Source: a virus
IMG/VR virus record: IMGVR_UViG_3300009285_000009
Location: 1-53,575 of that record
DNA length: 53,575 bases
Strand: one strand, 5' to 3'
Under the pieces are notes generated by a model. The model did not search any database. It was not told the origin of the DNA and worked only from the letters and a program-made list of their open reading frames with translations. Position 1 is the stretch's first letter. Every line of letters starts with the position of its first letter. A program made the translations under genes and the position numbers. Below, one piece after another: positions 37,032 to 45,355 of the stretch.

Positions 37032-38579
37032 ATGAGCCAAGATTACGATACTATATCGCCGACCGATGTTTTGACCGATGTCAGGCAGAAGATTCTGAAT
37101 AGGGATGAAGCGGTGCGTTCTTTATTCTTAGGAACTACTGAACCTTCTGTGATGGAAGCCGGGCAACCTTGGATTGATACCACAGCCAATGTAATTAAGA
37201 TTAGGAATAGCACAAATTTGGCTTGGATAACTATTGGTGCTTATAATACACAATTTTCAGACCTGCCATTAGCAGGGGGAACAATGGCTGACAAGATAAC
37301 CCTTGACGGTGTGCCAAGCGACCCTTTACATTGTGTCACCAAGAGTTATATGGATACGTTCCTATTGCTTACTGGTGGAACTTTGGCTGGCGTTCTAAAT
37401 ATGGACACGGCATATAAAATAACCAATGTAGGCACGCCTACGGATTCAGGCGATTTGGCTAATAAAGCGTATGCCGATTCTGGCAAGCCGATAAACTCCG
37501 GCAAGGCGTGGATTTCGCACGGGGATAATGTCATTACTTTAGCGGTAGCCCAGAGCGATGCAAATTATATCGTGCTGGCTTCTTTGGTCAATGCTCCTAT
37601 GGGCGGGATTACCACAAGGGGCAACGGTCATTCTTTTACTGCTGGTCAGGCAGGTAGTCCGTTAGAATTATTAACTACTAACGAAAGCACTACGAGATTA
37701 AAAGTAAGGATAAATGGCGGATATGGGTTTACAAGTGGTGGGTATGTCCCTCCGAATGCAGTAGGCACGACCGAACGTTTTGATGATGTAGCGAATACCC
37801 ATACCGCACGCACTGCATTAACTACAGTAAGGAGATACCTTTCTGAATATTCTTTGAACGGCTATGGCTTTACCACGTGCGGATATATAGCCGCAGTTTC
37901 AGCAGTAACAGAACGGTTTGACGATGTGGCTAATACCCATACAGCGAGAACAGATGCAACGGCAAGATATACACCAGCGGGATATTCACTTAACAACTAT
38001 GGATTTACTTCGTGTGGGTTTATCGCCGCAGTTTCCGGGGTAACCGAACGGTTTGACGATACGGCGAATACTCATACCGCACGCACAGGGGCTACGGCGA
38101 GGCGGTTTACAAATGGATATGCACTTAATAATTATGGGTTTACATCGGGTGGTTTGATTGCTTCACCCACCGGCATTACCGAACGTTTTGATGATGTAGC
38201 GAATACCCATACCGCACGCACTGCATTAACTACAGTAAGGCAATCTATGGGAGAATACTCCACTGGTGGATATGGATTCACCTCTTGTGGTTATAATGCA
38301 GGATATTTAGGCACGACCGAACGATTTGACGATACGGCGAATACTCATACCGCACGCACAGGGGCTACGGCGAGGGCAGGGACTGCTTGTTATTCTCTTA
38401 ATGGTTGTGGCTTTACTTCGTGCGGGGATACAGGCGTTGCTTCCGGGGTAACCGAACGATTTGACGATACGGCTAACACGCAGACCGCACGTACCAATAC
38501 TACCACATCAAGAAATGATTTATCGGGTTATGCTACCAACGAATATTTTATAAACTACGTAACTTTTAATAACGGGTAA
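37032..38579 (+). CDS. tail fibre 2, paralog of fibre 1
   Basis: Same N-terminal motifs (WIDTTANVIKIRNSTNLAW, LPLAGGTMADKITLDG); six to seven blade repeats; 54-nt tract identical to fibre 1. Confidence 0.8.
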   Translation: MSQDYDTISPTDVLTDVRQKILNRDEAVRSLFLGTTEPSVMEAGQPWIDTTANVIKIRNSTNLAWITIGAYNTQFSDLPLAGGTMADKITLDGVPSDPLHCVTKSYMDTFLLLTGGTLAGVLNMDTAYKITNVGTPTDSGDLANKAYADSGKPINSGKAWISHGDNVITLAVAQSDANYIVLASLVNAPMGGITTRGNGHSFTAGQAGSPLELLTTNESTTRLKVRINGGYGFTSGGYVPPNAVGTTERFDDVANTHTARTALTTVRRYLSEYSLNGYGFTTCGYIAAVSAVTERFDDVANTHTARTDATARYTPAGYSLNNYGFTSCGFIAAVSGVTERFDDTANTHTARTGATARRFTNGYALNNYGFTSGGLIASPTGITERFDDVANTHTARTALTTVRQSMGEYSTGGYGFTSCGYNAGYLGTTERFDDTANTHTARTGATARAGTACYSLNGCGFTSCGDTGVASGVTERFDDTANTQTARTNTTTSRNDLSGYATNEYFINYVTFNNG

Positions 38580-38599
38580 AAGAGAGAGGGAAAACGGAT

Positions 38600-39313
38600 A
38601 TGGAAAACAAAAGCGAGGAAAACGCCCTGTTGATGATAACTGGCAAGGCGGAATGTGAAATGGTCAAGGGCGTGCAGGGTATGGTTCGTAAGTTCCGCAC
38701 GGGGCATACGGCTATACAGATACAAAACTTCATTTTGAATGATGTTGAGTATCCCACGCCTTATGGTAAGTTCCAGCAGGCACGAGAGGAAATGTCTGCC
38801 CGATATTATCGTATCGTGGACACTTACTTTGACATCAGAGAAACTGAAATCAAGATAAAAATGGAACAGGCGAAACTGCCGGATACAAAAGGGGCTCTGG
38901 AATATGAATTGGTTGAATTGGGCATTGAGAAACTGCAACTACAATTACAAGGTAAGAAGGCGGGGCTTGATGTTATCCTGCGTGAAATGGGCGAGTTCTA
39001 CAAGGTCTATGAAGGTTGCCCTGAATTTCATAACCTTACCCCTGAAAAGGAAGCCGAATTGGAAGCCGAACAATGGGCGAGGAAAGCCGTGAATAATCCG
39101 TTGGTATTCATTGAACGCTATGGCGATGAGTTTATGAAAAAGGCGTGGGGTGAAAAGTTCTACGGCGAGTCCCACGCCTTGCTACAAAAGAACGGTATGA
39201 CCTTGCCACGTGAATTGATAAAGGTGGGCGAATTATCGGGCGATGCCCGTAAGGGTTTGCCCTTACCTTCAACACTATTAAAATCTGCTAAAGAGAAAGC
39301 AACTGACAAATGA
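38600..39313 (+). CDS. hypothetical protein
   Basis: agagagaggg RBS; 237 aa, helical/charged; no motif recognised. Confidence 0.55.
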   Translation: MENKSEENALLMITGKAECEMVKGVQGMVRKFRTGHTAIQIQNFILNDVEYPTPYGKFQQAREEMSARYYRIVDTYFDIRETEIKIKMEQAKLPDTKGALEYELVELGIEKLQLQLQGKKAGLDVILREMGEFYKVYEGCPEFHNLTPEKEAELEAEQWARKAVNNPLVFIERYGDEFMKKAWGEKFYGESHALLQKNGMTLPRELIKVGELSGDARKGLPLPSTLLKSAKEKATDK

Positions 39314-39684
39314 TGAGTGCAGATGACTGGAAAGAACTTGGGGTAATGCACGCTAATATGGTGCAACAGTTTAATGATAAAATTGATGATGTGGCGGTGC
39401 ATATACACGAACGGATTGATGCCGTTAATGCGTCTATATCTGACCAAAAGGGGATAATTATGCTTGCTAAAGAAGCATCTAATCGGGTGTATGAAGGTCT
39501 TGATAAGCATAAGCGTGACCTATGCCCTAAAATAGAAGCGGGAATTAACGAACACTATAAGACCGAACATAAACCGCTTGCGGGGAAGATATTAAAAACC
39601 GTCTTGTTATGCTTAGGCGGGATTTTAACATTGATGACAATAGTAAGCGGACTTTATTGGGTGGCTACGCATATTAGCTTATAA
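39310..39684 (+). CDS. C-terminally membrane-anchored protein (holin/spanin-type candidate)
   Basis: ATGA overlap; single C-terminal TM ILKTVLLCLGGILTLMTIVSGLYWV; directly upstream of the lysin. Confidence 0.5.
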   Translation: MMSADDWKELGVMHANMVQQFNDKIDDVAVHIHERIDAVNASISDQKGIIMLAKEASNRVYEGLDKHKRDLCPKIEAGINEHYKTEHKPLAGKILKTVLLCLGGILTLMTIVSGLYWVATHISL

Positions 39685-39696
39685 AAAGGGGGTTAT

Positions 39697-40140
39697 ATGA
39701 AATGGTTAATAAGTGGATTGATTTTATTTCTGATGGCCGGGACAATTAAAGCCCCTACTCACAGTATAGTAGGGTGGAAAACGGACAGGGTATTGCATAA
39801 TTACCGTATTACGGCATACTCAAGCAAACAACCGAGAGAAGGCAACAAGACGGCAACGAATAAATGCGCCAAGAACGAAATAGGATTCGCCACGCCTCGT
39901 AACGGCTCAATAAAACTTGGCGAATATGTTCGGTTGCCTAATAATGAAATTCGGATTGCGGATGATAAAACAAGCAAGTGGGCAAGCCGGAAATTTAAGG
40001 GCAGATTGATTGATGTGCGATATTATCAATCTATTAAATCAAAACCGGAAACTAAAAGCGTAACAAAAGAATTATGCAGGCGATTTGATATGGGGCGAGA
40101 TGATATAGAAATAGTTAAACCTATATACAGGGAAGATTAA
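39697..40140 (+). CDS. 3D-domain (MltA/RlpA-like) cell-wall hydrolase with signal/anchor
   Basis: aaggggg RBS; N-terminal MKWLISGLILFLMAGTIKA; YRITAYSS...GNKTATNK...GRLIDVRYY fits the 3D-domain pattern. Confidence 0.65.
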   Translation: MKWLISGLILFLMAGTIKAPTHSIVGWKTDRVLHNYRITAYSSKQPREGNKTATNKCAKNEIGFATPRNGSIKLGEYVRLPNNEIRIADDKTSKWASRKFKGRLIDVRYYQSIKSKPETKSVTKELCRRFDMGRDDIEIVKPIYRED

Positions 40141-40156
40141 AAATGGCGACACTTAT

Positions 40157-40696
40157 ATGATAAATAAAAGAGTGAGTTGGTGGAAGGGTAAAAAACTTTC
40201 CGAGAAATATAAGGAAAGAATTAGTCAGGGAATGACCGGAAAAAAGAATATGTTGGGGCATACCCATAAAAAAGAAACTAAAGACAAAATAAGGAGTTCC
40301 TTATTAGGGCATAAACATTCGCCGGAAACAATAGAAAAAATAAAAATGGCCGCACGTAAACCGGCAGAAATCAAACGCAAAAAATTTGATATACTTGGGA
40401 GGGTGACCCCTATAACGAAACTTATTCGTCACTCCCGAAAATATGCAGAGTGGAGAATGTCAGTGTTCATTAGAGATGACTTCACCTGCCAAGAGTGTGG
40501 CGAACGGGGCGTTTATCTCGAAGCACACCATCATATTAAAAGAAAAACATTCAGCGAATTAATAAAAATAGCAAAGAATACGTTTCCATTATTCCCATTA
40601 TATGATGCGGCGTTACTATACACGCCATTATGGGATATATCTATTGGTATAACGCTTTGTAATAGATGTCATAACAAACACAAAAAGAAAGGGTAA
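40157..40696 (+). CDS. HNH homing endonuclease with NUMOD3-like repeats
   Basis: GHTHKKETKDKI / GHKHSPETIEKI repeats; KYAEWRMSVFIRDDFTCQECG..LEAHH...LCNRCHNKH. Confidence 0.85.
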   Translation: MINKRVSWWKGKKLSEKYKERISQGMTGKKNMLGHTHKKETKDKIRSSLLGHKHSPETIEKIKMAARKPAEIKRKKFDILGRVTPITKLIRHSRKYAEWRMSVFIRDDFTCQECGERGVYLEAHHHIKRKTFSELIKIAKNTFPLFPLYDAALLYTPLWDISIGITLCNRCHNKHKKKG

Positions 40697-41212
40697 ATGA
40701 TGAAGTATCTGTTTATTGTCTGGCTAATAGTTCTATCTATAACCATAACTGGTTGCAGGACAACTGGCGTTTACGGTGAAATAAGTAAGGTAATAACTGC
40801 CGAGGGTAGGACTGTCCCTATTGAAATTTCTGCGCATGGTATAGTTACACTCGAACTAAATTATTTTAGCGACTATGATATATCAACTATAGCCATAGAG
40901 GTAAAAAAATGCGTCTCCGCTTGGTTTTGGTGCTGGCTTATCTTTACTGCCTTGATGTGCGGGCTTACTGAACTGGCAGTATTTATTCCCTATGGTATAG
41001 GCAAGGTTTTTGCTTTTATCGGGAAGCGATGGTCTACCTTAGTATGGGCTATAGCCGGGTGGTTATTTATCAGGTATATAATGGGAGGCGGTTATATATT
41101 TACTACATCCGTGACCGGGCTGGTATTGATAACGGCAAACTGTGGTTGGGAATTGATATGGAATTCTTTTGGCAGAAAAATCAAAGAAAGAATAATGAAG
41201 AAGAACTCTTGA
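40697..41212 (+). CDS. polytopic membrane lipoprotein candidate (lysis-cassette member?)
   Basis: Lipobox ITITGC after a hydrophobic leader; at least three further hydrophobic helices. Confidence 0.55.
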   Translation: MMKYLFIVWLIVLSITITGCRTTGVYGEISKVITAEGRTVPIEISAHGIVTLELNYFSDYDISTIAIEVKKCVSAWFWCWLIFTALMCGLTELAVFIPYGIGKVFAFIGKRWSTLVWAIAGWLFIRYIMGGGYIFTTSVTGLVLITANCGWELIWNSFGRKIKERIMKKNS

Positions 41213-41246
41213 TTTTTATTATGATAATGATATATATTAATACTAT

Positions 41247-41837
41247 ATGATTAATAGAAGAATCCATAGCATATCAACAAGGAATAAAATAAAACTGGCT
41301 CTTATGGGACATCTTGTATCGGAAAAAACTCGGAAAAAACAGAGAATGGCTAAATTAGGCAAACATCTTTCCGATGACCATAAACGAAAGATAGGGGATG
41401 CGAGTAGAGGACATATTGTAAGCGAAAAAGTAAGAAGGGAAATAGGAGATGTTCATAGAGGAATGATTCATTCTAAAAAATCCCGTAAAATGATGAGTAT
41501 AACCCATAAAAAAATGTATGCACTTGGGATAAATAGACCACCACCAAGAAAAGGCATTAGAACATCTACCACGATGAGTCAAAAGGAATATGAAAGACGA
41601 GTAATGTATTCATCTATAGAATGGCAAACTATACGAAAACAAGTTTATAAAAGAGACAGATATACTTGTCAGATTTGCGGAATAAGATTTCGTGACCATA
41701 AAGGAAACGGAATGAATGCCCACCATATTATACCATACCGTATTAATAAGGACAACTCATTAGAAAATCTTATAACTTTATGTAATTCGTGTCATAGAAA
41801 AGAAGAAGTAAAATACTATAATTCTATTAAAGTATAA
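41247..41837 (+). CDS. HNH homing endonuclease with NUMOD3-like repeats
   Basis: GHLVSEKTRKKQ / GKHLSDDHKRKI / GHIVSEKVRREI repeats; YTCQICG...NAHHIIPY...LCNSCHRK. Confidence 0.85.
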   Translation: MINRRIHSISTRNKIKLALMGHLVSEKTRKKQRMAKLGKHLSDDHKRKIGDASRGHIVSEKVRREIGDVHRGMIHSKKSRKMMSITHKKMYALGINRPPPRKGIRTSTTMSQKEYERRVMYSSIEWQTIRKQVYKRDRYTCQICGIRFRDHKGNGMNAHHIIPYRINKDNSLENLITLCNSCHRKEEVKYYNSIKV

Positions 41838-42117
41838 TTAAAAGGTGGCTATTTCCAAAATATTCAAAAAGAAACCAGATAAAAAATAAAAGCCCGCTTC
41901 CACGGGTATATCCCTCTCTTTCGGTGGGGTGGCTGGTAAGTGGTTTGCCGGTCACCTCGCCACCCATTTCCTCATTTAGGCAATAAAAATCTTTTATTTT
42001 TAAGCATATTTATTAAAACGGCGTAAGCACCATCGCTAAAAACGCCACGAATACCGCATAAAACAAGGGTTATAGGGTTTTAGCCCTCTCGGATTCTCCA
42101 AGGGAATATTTTGCAAT

Positions 42118-42161
42118 AATAATATTATTTTACTTGACAATTTGTCAAGAATGGTTATAGT
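42118..42161 (+). promoter_or_regulatory. early promoter P1 with 23-nt conserved box and palindromic -35 region
   Basis: Box AATAATATTATTTTACTTGACAA 42118..42140; -35 TTGACA 42134..42139; -10 TATAGT 42156..42161 (16-nt spacer); palindrome TTGACAATTTGTCAA 42134..42148. Confidence 0.6.
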
Positions 42162-42230
42162 ATACAGTAGAAGCGGGGAAGATGAAAGCCCGAAGCAAAA
42201 CAGTAACATCCTGAAAGGGGGTGATTTTAG

Positions 42231-42443
42231 ATGGACTATACAAAAATGCCTGTGGCAATAGTAGGATTCCCGTATAGCAGAACAGAGGAGGGCAAAGGAA
42301 CGCTAAAGGCGATTAGTTGGGCAGAAGGTAATGACTTACCGGAATATGGAACAAGAATGAAGGATTACTCTGGCACTACTTGGTTGATTTTAGGTGTAGA
42401 TGAAAAACATCGGATAGTAACAATGGTGTCTTGCGTTAAATAA
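42231..42443 (+). CDS. hypothetical early protein
   Basis: aaggggg RBS; 70 aa. Confidence 0.55.
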   Translation: MDYTKMPVAIVGFPYSRTEEGKGTLKAISWAEGNDLPEYGTRMKDYSGTTWLILGVDEKHRIVTMVSCVK

Positions 42444-42552
42444 CCGCCTCCTAACTTGGGGCGGACGGCTTGAATGCTCATCTCAAGCCGGAGGGTTGAT
42501 AATTAATGAGCGATTAGAAACCGCCGGGGGTGGCGAGAGGGTCACCCCCGGC
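42444..42552 (+). other. three consecutive GC-rich hairpins
   Basis: 42444..42464 (CCGCCTC/GGGGCGG), 42466..42490 (CGGCTTGA/TCAAGCCG), 42523..42552 (GCCGGGGGTG/CACCCCCGGC); no U-tracts. Confidence 0.4.
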
Positions 42553-42591
42553 ATCCGGCTAACAGAATGAATTAAGAAAGAAGGAGAGAAT

Positions 42592-42858
42592 ATGTATTAT
42601 GCGATATTGATAAAAACAGGTAAGGAATGGCAACCTGTATTTAAGAGTGACCCCGATAGAACAGCGAACAATCAACGATATTGGGTTGGCGGAACAGCAC
42701 TAATGCCGTGTATTTATACACACGCACGGACGGCTAATGCTGAACTAAAGAAAATAAAAAAAGAATTTGCAAAAGGATTCTGGAACGACTGTCCGATAAT
42801 TGTCAGGGAAGTAGTTATAGAAGCACGCTTGTATAATTACGACTTAAATAAAAAATAA
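42592..42858 (+). CDS. hypothetical early protein
   Basis: aaggag RBS; 88 aa. Confidence 0.6.
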   Translation: MYYAILIKTGKEWQPVFKSDPDRTANNQRYWVGGTALMPCIYTHARTANAELKKIKKEFAKGFWNDCPIIVREVVIEARLYNYDLNKK

Positions 42859-42869
42859 AATAATCATAA

Positions 42870-43067
42870 GTGAAGATTATGAAAATGAAACTAATCCATA
42901 AGATTACTATTATAAAGCAGGAATTAATGAGAGGGGTAATAACATACGACCAAGCCAAGGCGAAAGCAGAGCAGGTTATTAATGAGATGAATCGCCGGGG
43001 CGAAGAAATAGCCAAGAGGCACAATAGGAAATTTCATAAATTCGGATTTACGGAATTGATGAGGTGA
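42870..43067 (+). CDS. hypothetical early protein
   Basis: 65 aa, helical and basic; alternative ATG 42876. Confidence 0.5.
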   Translation: MKIMKMKLIHKITIIKQELMRGVITYDQAKAKAEQVINEMNRRGEEIAKRHNRKFHKFGFTELMR

Positions 43068-43088
43068 TTATGAAAGGAGGTAATAATA

Positions 43089-43421
43089 ATGTTAATCGTT
43101 AGAAGCCACATAAGGAAAATGGCAAAGGAACGCAATATGCGAGTGCCTACCGGATTAGTAGACACACTTAACGCAGTTGCAGTAGCCATTACCGAAAGCG
43201 TGCTGGATGGGAAGCAGGTAACTGCCGGGGATATTGAGCAGGTTTGTTTAAGGCATAACCTTGATTCAAAATATATCCATCAGGCATTGGAAGCCCTGAA
43301 AGCATCCGGTGAATTAGACCAAGGGAAACTGTTTTTAACCGCCAGACAGTTAATGGCAAAAGAGAAGGGAATAAAAGAAGCCGATATACCCGAAGGGCAA
43401 TTAGTGCTAAATCCGGCGTAG
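43089..43421 (+). CDS. DUF1931/histone-fold-like small protein candidate
   Basis: aaggagg RBS; LIVRSHIRKMAKERNMRVPTGLVDTLNAVAVAITESVLDGKQVTAGDIEQV resembles bacterial DUF1931 histone-fold proteins (recalled). Confidence 0.6.
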   Translation: MLIVRSHIRKMAKERNMRVPTGLVDTLNAVAVAITESVLDGKQVTAGDIEQVCLRHNLDSKYIHQALEALKASGELDQGKLFLTARQLMAKEKGIKEADIPEGQLVLNPA

Positions 43422-43854
43422 CACAAAAGGAAATGAATATATGTTTAATAAAATGATGATTCCGCTTTTCATACTAATGATAAGGGAATTAATATTAGGA
43501 TATGTGTCCTAATAATAGGAATAATTAAGTATGCTAAAATTCTGTGCGTGGCATTACCTGTATTTTCCTGATGAGGTTAAGGGGCAGATAGAACCAAGAG
43601 ATTATCCTCTGGGGGAAGTAGAACCGTTAGATAACAAAAAGAAAAGCCACGGAATTTGTGACCGATGCTTAGAGAAACAATTAAAGGAAATAGAAGATAG
43701 GAGATGAGGACACAAGATGTTAAAGAAAATAAATATAACTGGCGATGAATTCCTGATGGGCTTTACTGTATTCTCTGTGTTCTTTTCATTCGTAACAATA
43801 TGGCAGTATTTGCCATAATAAAACTGATAAAAAATTGAGAGGGGGTGATAATTA

Positions 43855-44541
43855 ATGCGTAACTTTAGCGAGTTAAGCGAAGCGGAAATCCGGGCTTTAA
43901 CATCTGATGAAGTAGTTCATTTCATCAAGGTGGGCTGTATGGAATCCGGGGTTAAATTGCTTGCCAAGCCGGAAGAGGTGGTTATACCGGTATTTGAAAA
44001 GACCCTAACTGCATATAAGGTTGATGGGATGGATGGCTACGTGCTGACAATGGAAGAAGCGGAAAAACTGCAAAAGGCATTGCAGGGGGTTAAGGTTTTC
44101 AATAGTAATTGGCACAGCAATTACAAAAACCTTGAACATCAACAAAGGGAAACAACTGCCGGGATAAGCCAGCAACTTTTCTATGATGATGTTACCGGTA
44201 AGCAGGTTGACGAGGTGGAAGCAAAACTAAAGCCCCTGCGGGATGCTTATGAAAAAGCATTAAAGGAATGGAAGGAAAACGATGGACTTGCCGGGGCAAT
44301 CAGGGATGAAATCTGGGGGAAATTCCATAGCGTAAGGGAAAAGTATGACCGGCTGGATGAAATGGCGGTTAAGTTTGCTGAATACTTTATCTTGGCTAAA
44401 CAGGATTATGCCGAAGCGGAAAAGTATTTTGCCAAGGCATTTAGCCCTACCCCGGAAGAATTGGATTACATCAAGGGCAATTACGAGAAAACCGTAGCAG
44501 ACGAAAAAGCATTAGCAGAAAAGGCACTTAAACAGGCGTAG
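43855..44541 (+). CDS. hypothetical early protein
   Basis: gaggggg RBS; 228 aa, helical C-terminal half. Confidence 0.65.
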   Translation: MRNFSELSEAEIRALTSDEVVHFIKVGCMESGVKLLAKPEEVVIPVFEKTLTAYKVDGMDGYVLTMEEAEKLQKALQGVKVFNSNWHSNYKNLEHQQRETTAGISQQLFYDDVTGKQVDEVEAKLKPLRDAYEKALKEWKENDGLAGAIRDEIWGKFHSVREKYDRLDEMAVKFAEYFILAKQDYAEAEKYFAKAFSPTPEELDYIKGNYEKTVADEKALAEKALKQA

Positions 44542-44551
44542 GAATTAATAT

Positions 44552-44577
44552 GGGCTGGGGTGAAATATCCCCAGCCC
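44552..44577 (+). terminator. 9-bp GC hairpin
   Basis: GGGCTGGGG 44552..44560 pairs with CCCCAGCCC 44569..44577; only TT follows. Confidence 0.45.
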
Positions 44578-44590
44578 TTGAGGAATGATT

Positions 44591-44830
44591 ATGAAATTAT
44601 CACCTGTAAAAAAGAAGGTTTACAACTTTATAAAGAAACATCCGTATTGCGATATTGATGATATTGTGGAACACCTTAAAGTCCGTAAAAATATAATTTC
44701 CCGGATATTGCCTATTCTTGACCAAGATGACTGCTTAATAAAGTGGGCTATGATGAAAGATTCTATAGGAAATAACAAGATGGGGGCTTGCGATTCATAT
44801 ACCACGCCTTGTGGTTGGATTATTAGATAA
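44591..44830 (+). CDS. winged-helix DNA-binding protein candidate
   Basis: gagga RBS 6 nt before ATG 44591 (track start 44585); VYNFIKKHPYCDIDDIVEHLKVRKNIISRILPILDQDDCLIK. Confidence 0.55.
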   Translation: MKLSPVKKKVYNFIKKHPYCDIDDIVEHLKVRKNIISRILPILDQDDCLIKWAMMKDSIGNNKMGACDSYTTPCGWIIR

Positions 44831-44832
44831 AA

Positions 44833-45258
44833 ATGAAATATACTGCTATATTATTATTAATAATGTTGTGCGGATGCGTATCTGACTGGACTTATAAAGA
44901 TACATTGAGACAAGCGGGAATAACTTCCCTTGTTCTCATTGACCGTAATCAAACCAAAAGGTTTTTAGAATCCGGGAAAATGGAAGAATCTAATAGATTG
45001 CTGGGCGACCATCCGTCTTTACATAAAGTTGATAATTATATGGCTTGCAGTTTACTGGGGAATTTTATTGTTAGTTCGTTACTTGATAGTGGGGATAGGT
45101 CAGTATGGCAAACGGTTTCGCTGGGCGTAAACTTTTCTTTTGTATCCGGGAATTATAGGCGGTTCAAAGCGTATAAAAATGAAATAGAAATAAAACCGCA
45201 AACCATTCACTATTATTGGTATTGGAATGGATACTACTGGACAATTAGAACGAGGTAA
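44833..45258 (+). CDS. lipoprotein
   Basis: Signal peptide with lipobox LLIMLCGC; 141 aa. Confidence 0.6.
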   Translation: MKYTAILLLIMLCGCVSDWTYKDTLRQAGITSLVLIDRNQTKRFLESGKMEESNRLLGDHPSLHKVDNYMACSLLGNFIVSSLLDSGDRSVWQTVSLGVNFSFVSGNYRRFKAYKNEIEIKPQTIHYYWYWNGYYWTIRTR

Positions 45259-45286
45259 TGGGGTATGCCCATAAAAATATTAAATA

Positions 45287-45330
45287 AATAATATTATTTT
45301 ACTTGACAAATAATAAGATTATGCTAAAAA
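45287..45330 (+). promoter_or_regulatory. early promoter P2 with the same 23-nt box
   Basis: AATAATATTATTTTACTTGACAA 45287..45309 identical to P1; -35 45303..45308; extended -10 TGcTAAAAA 45322..45330. Confidence 0.55.
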
Positions 45331-45355
45331 GGGTTTTAGGAAAGAGAGGGCAATA

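Noticed and set aside
35365-38579. Diversity-generating retroelement acting on the fibre repeats
   Set aside because: No reverse transcriptase ORF (no YxDD-type motif in any frame that I could see). No non-coding template repeat with adenine-specific mismatches. Repeat differences are not restricted to A positions.
40157-41837. Group I intron or intein hosting the HNH genes
   Set aside because: Flanking genes (lysin 39697..40140, membrane protein 40697..41212) appear complete with their own starts and stops. No split reading frame resumes downstream.
41838-42117. cos/pac site or origin in the largest non-coding interval
   Set aside because: Only weak hairpins (e.g. GGGTGGC 41927..41933 pairing with GCCACCC 41959..41965) and AT-rich tracts are visible. 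There are no iterons or recognisable terminase-binding repeats, so no call is possible from sequence alone.
43543-43707. Small ORF ...SHGICDRCLEKQLKEIEDRR in the 43422..43854 gap
   Set aside because: The frame has no ATG. It could start only at GTG 43543, which has no RBS. The nearby ATG 43530 runs into a stop after 13 codons. The neighbouring 23-aa (43441) and 33-aa (43717) ORFs are also unsupported, so all were left unannotated.
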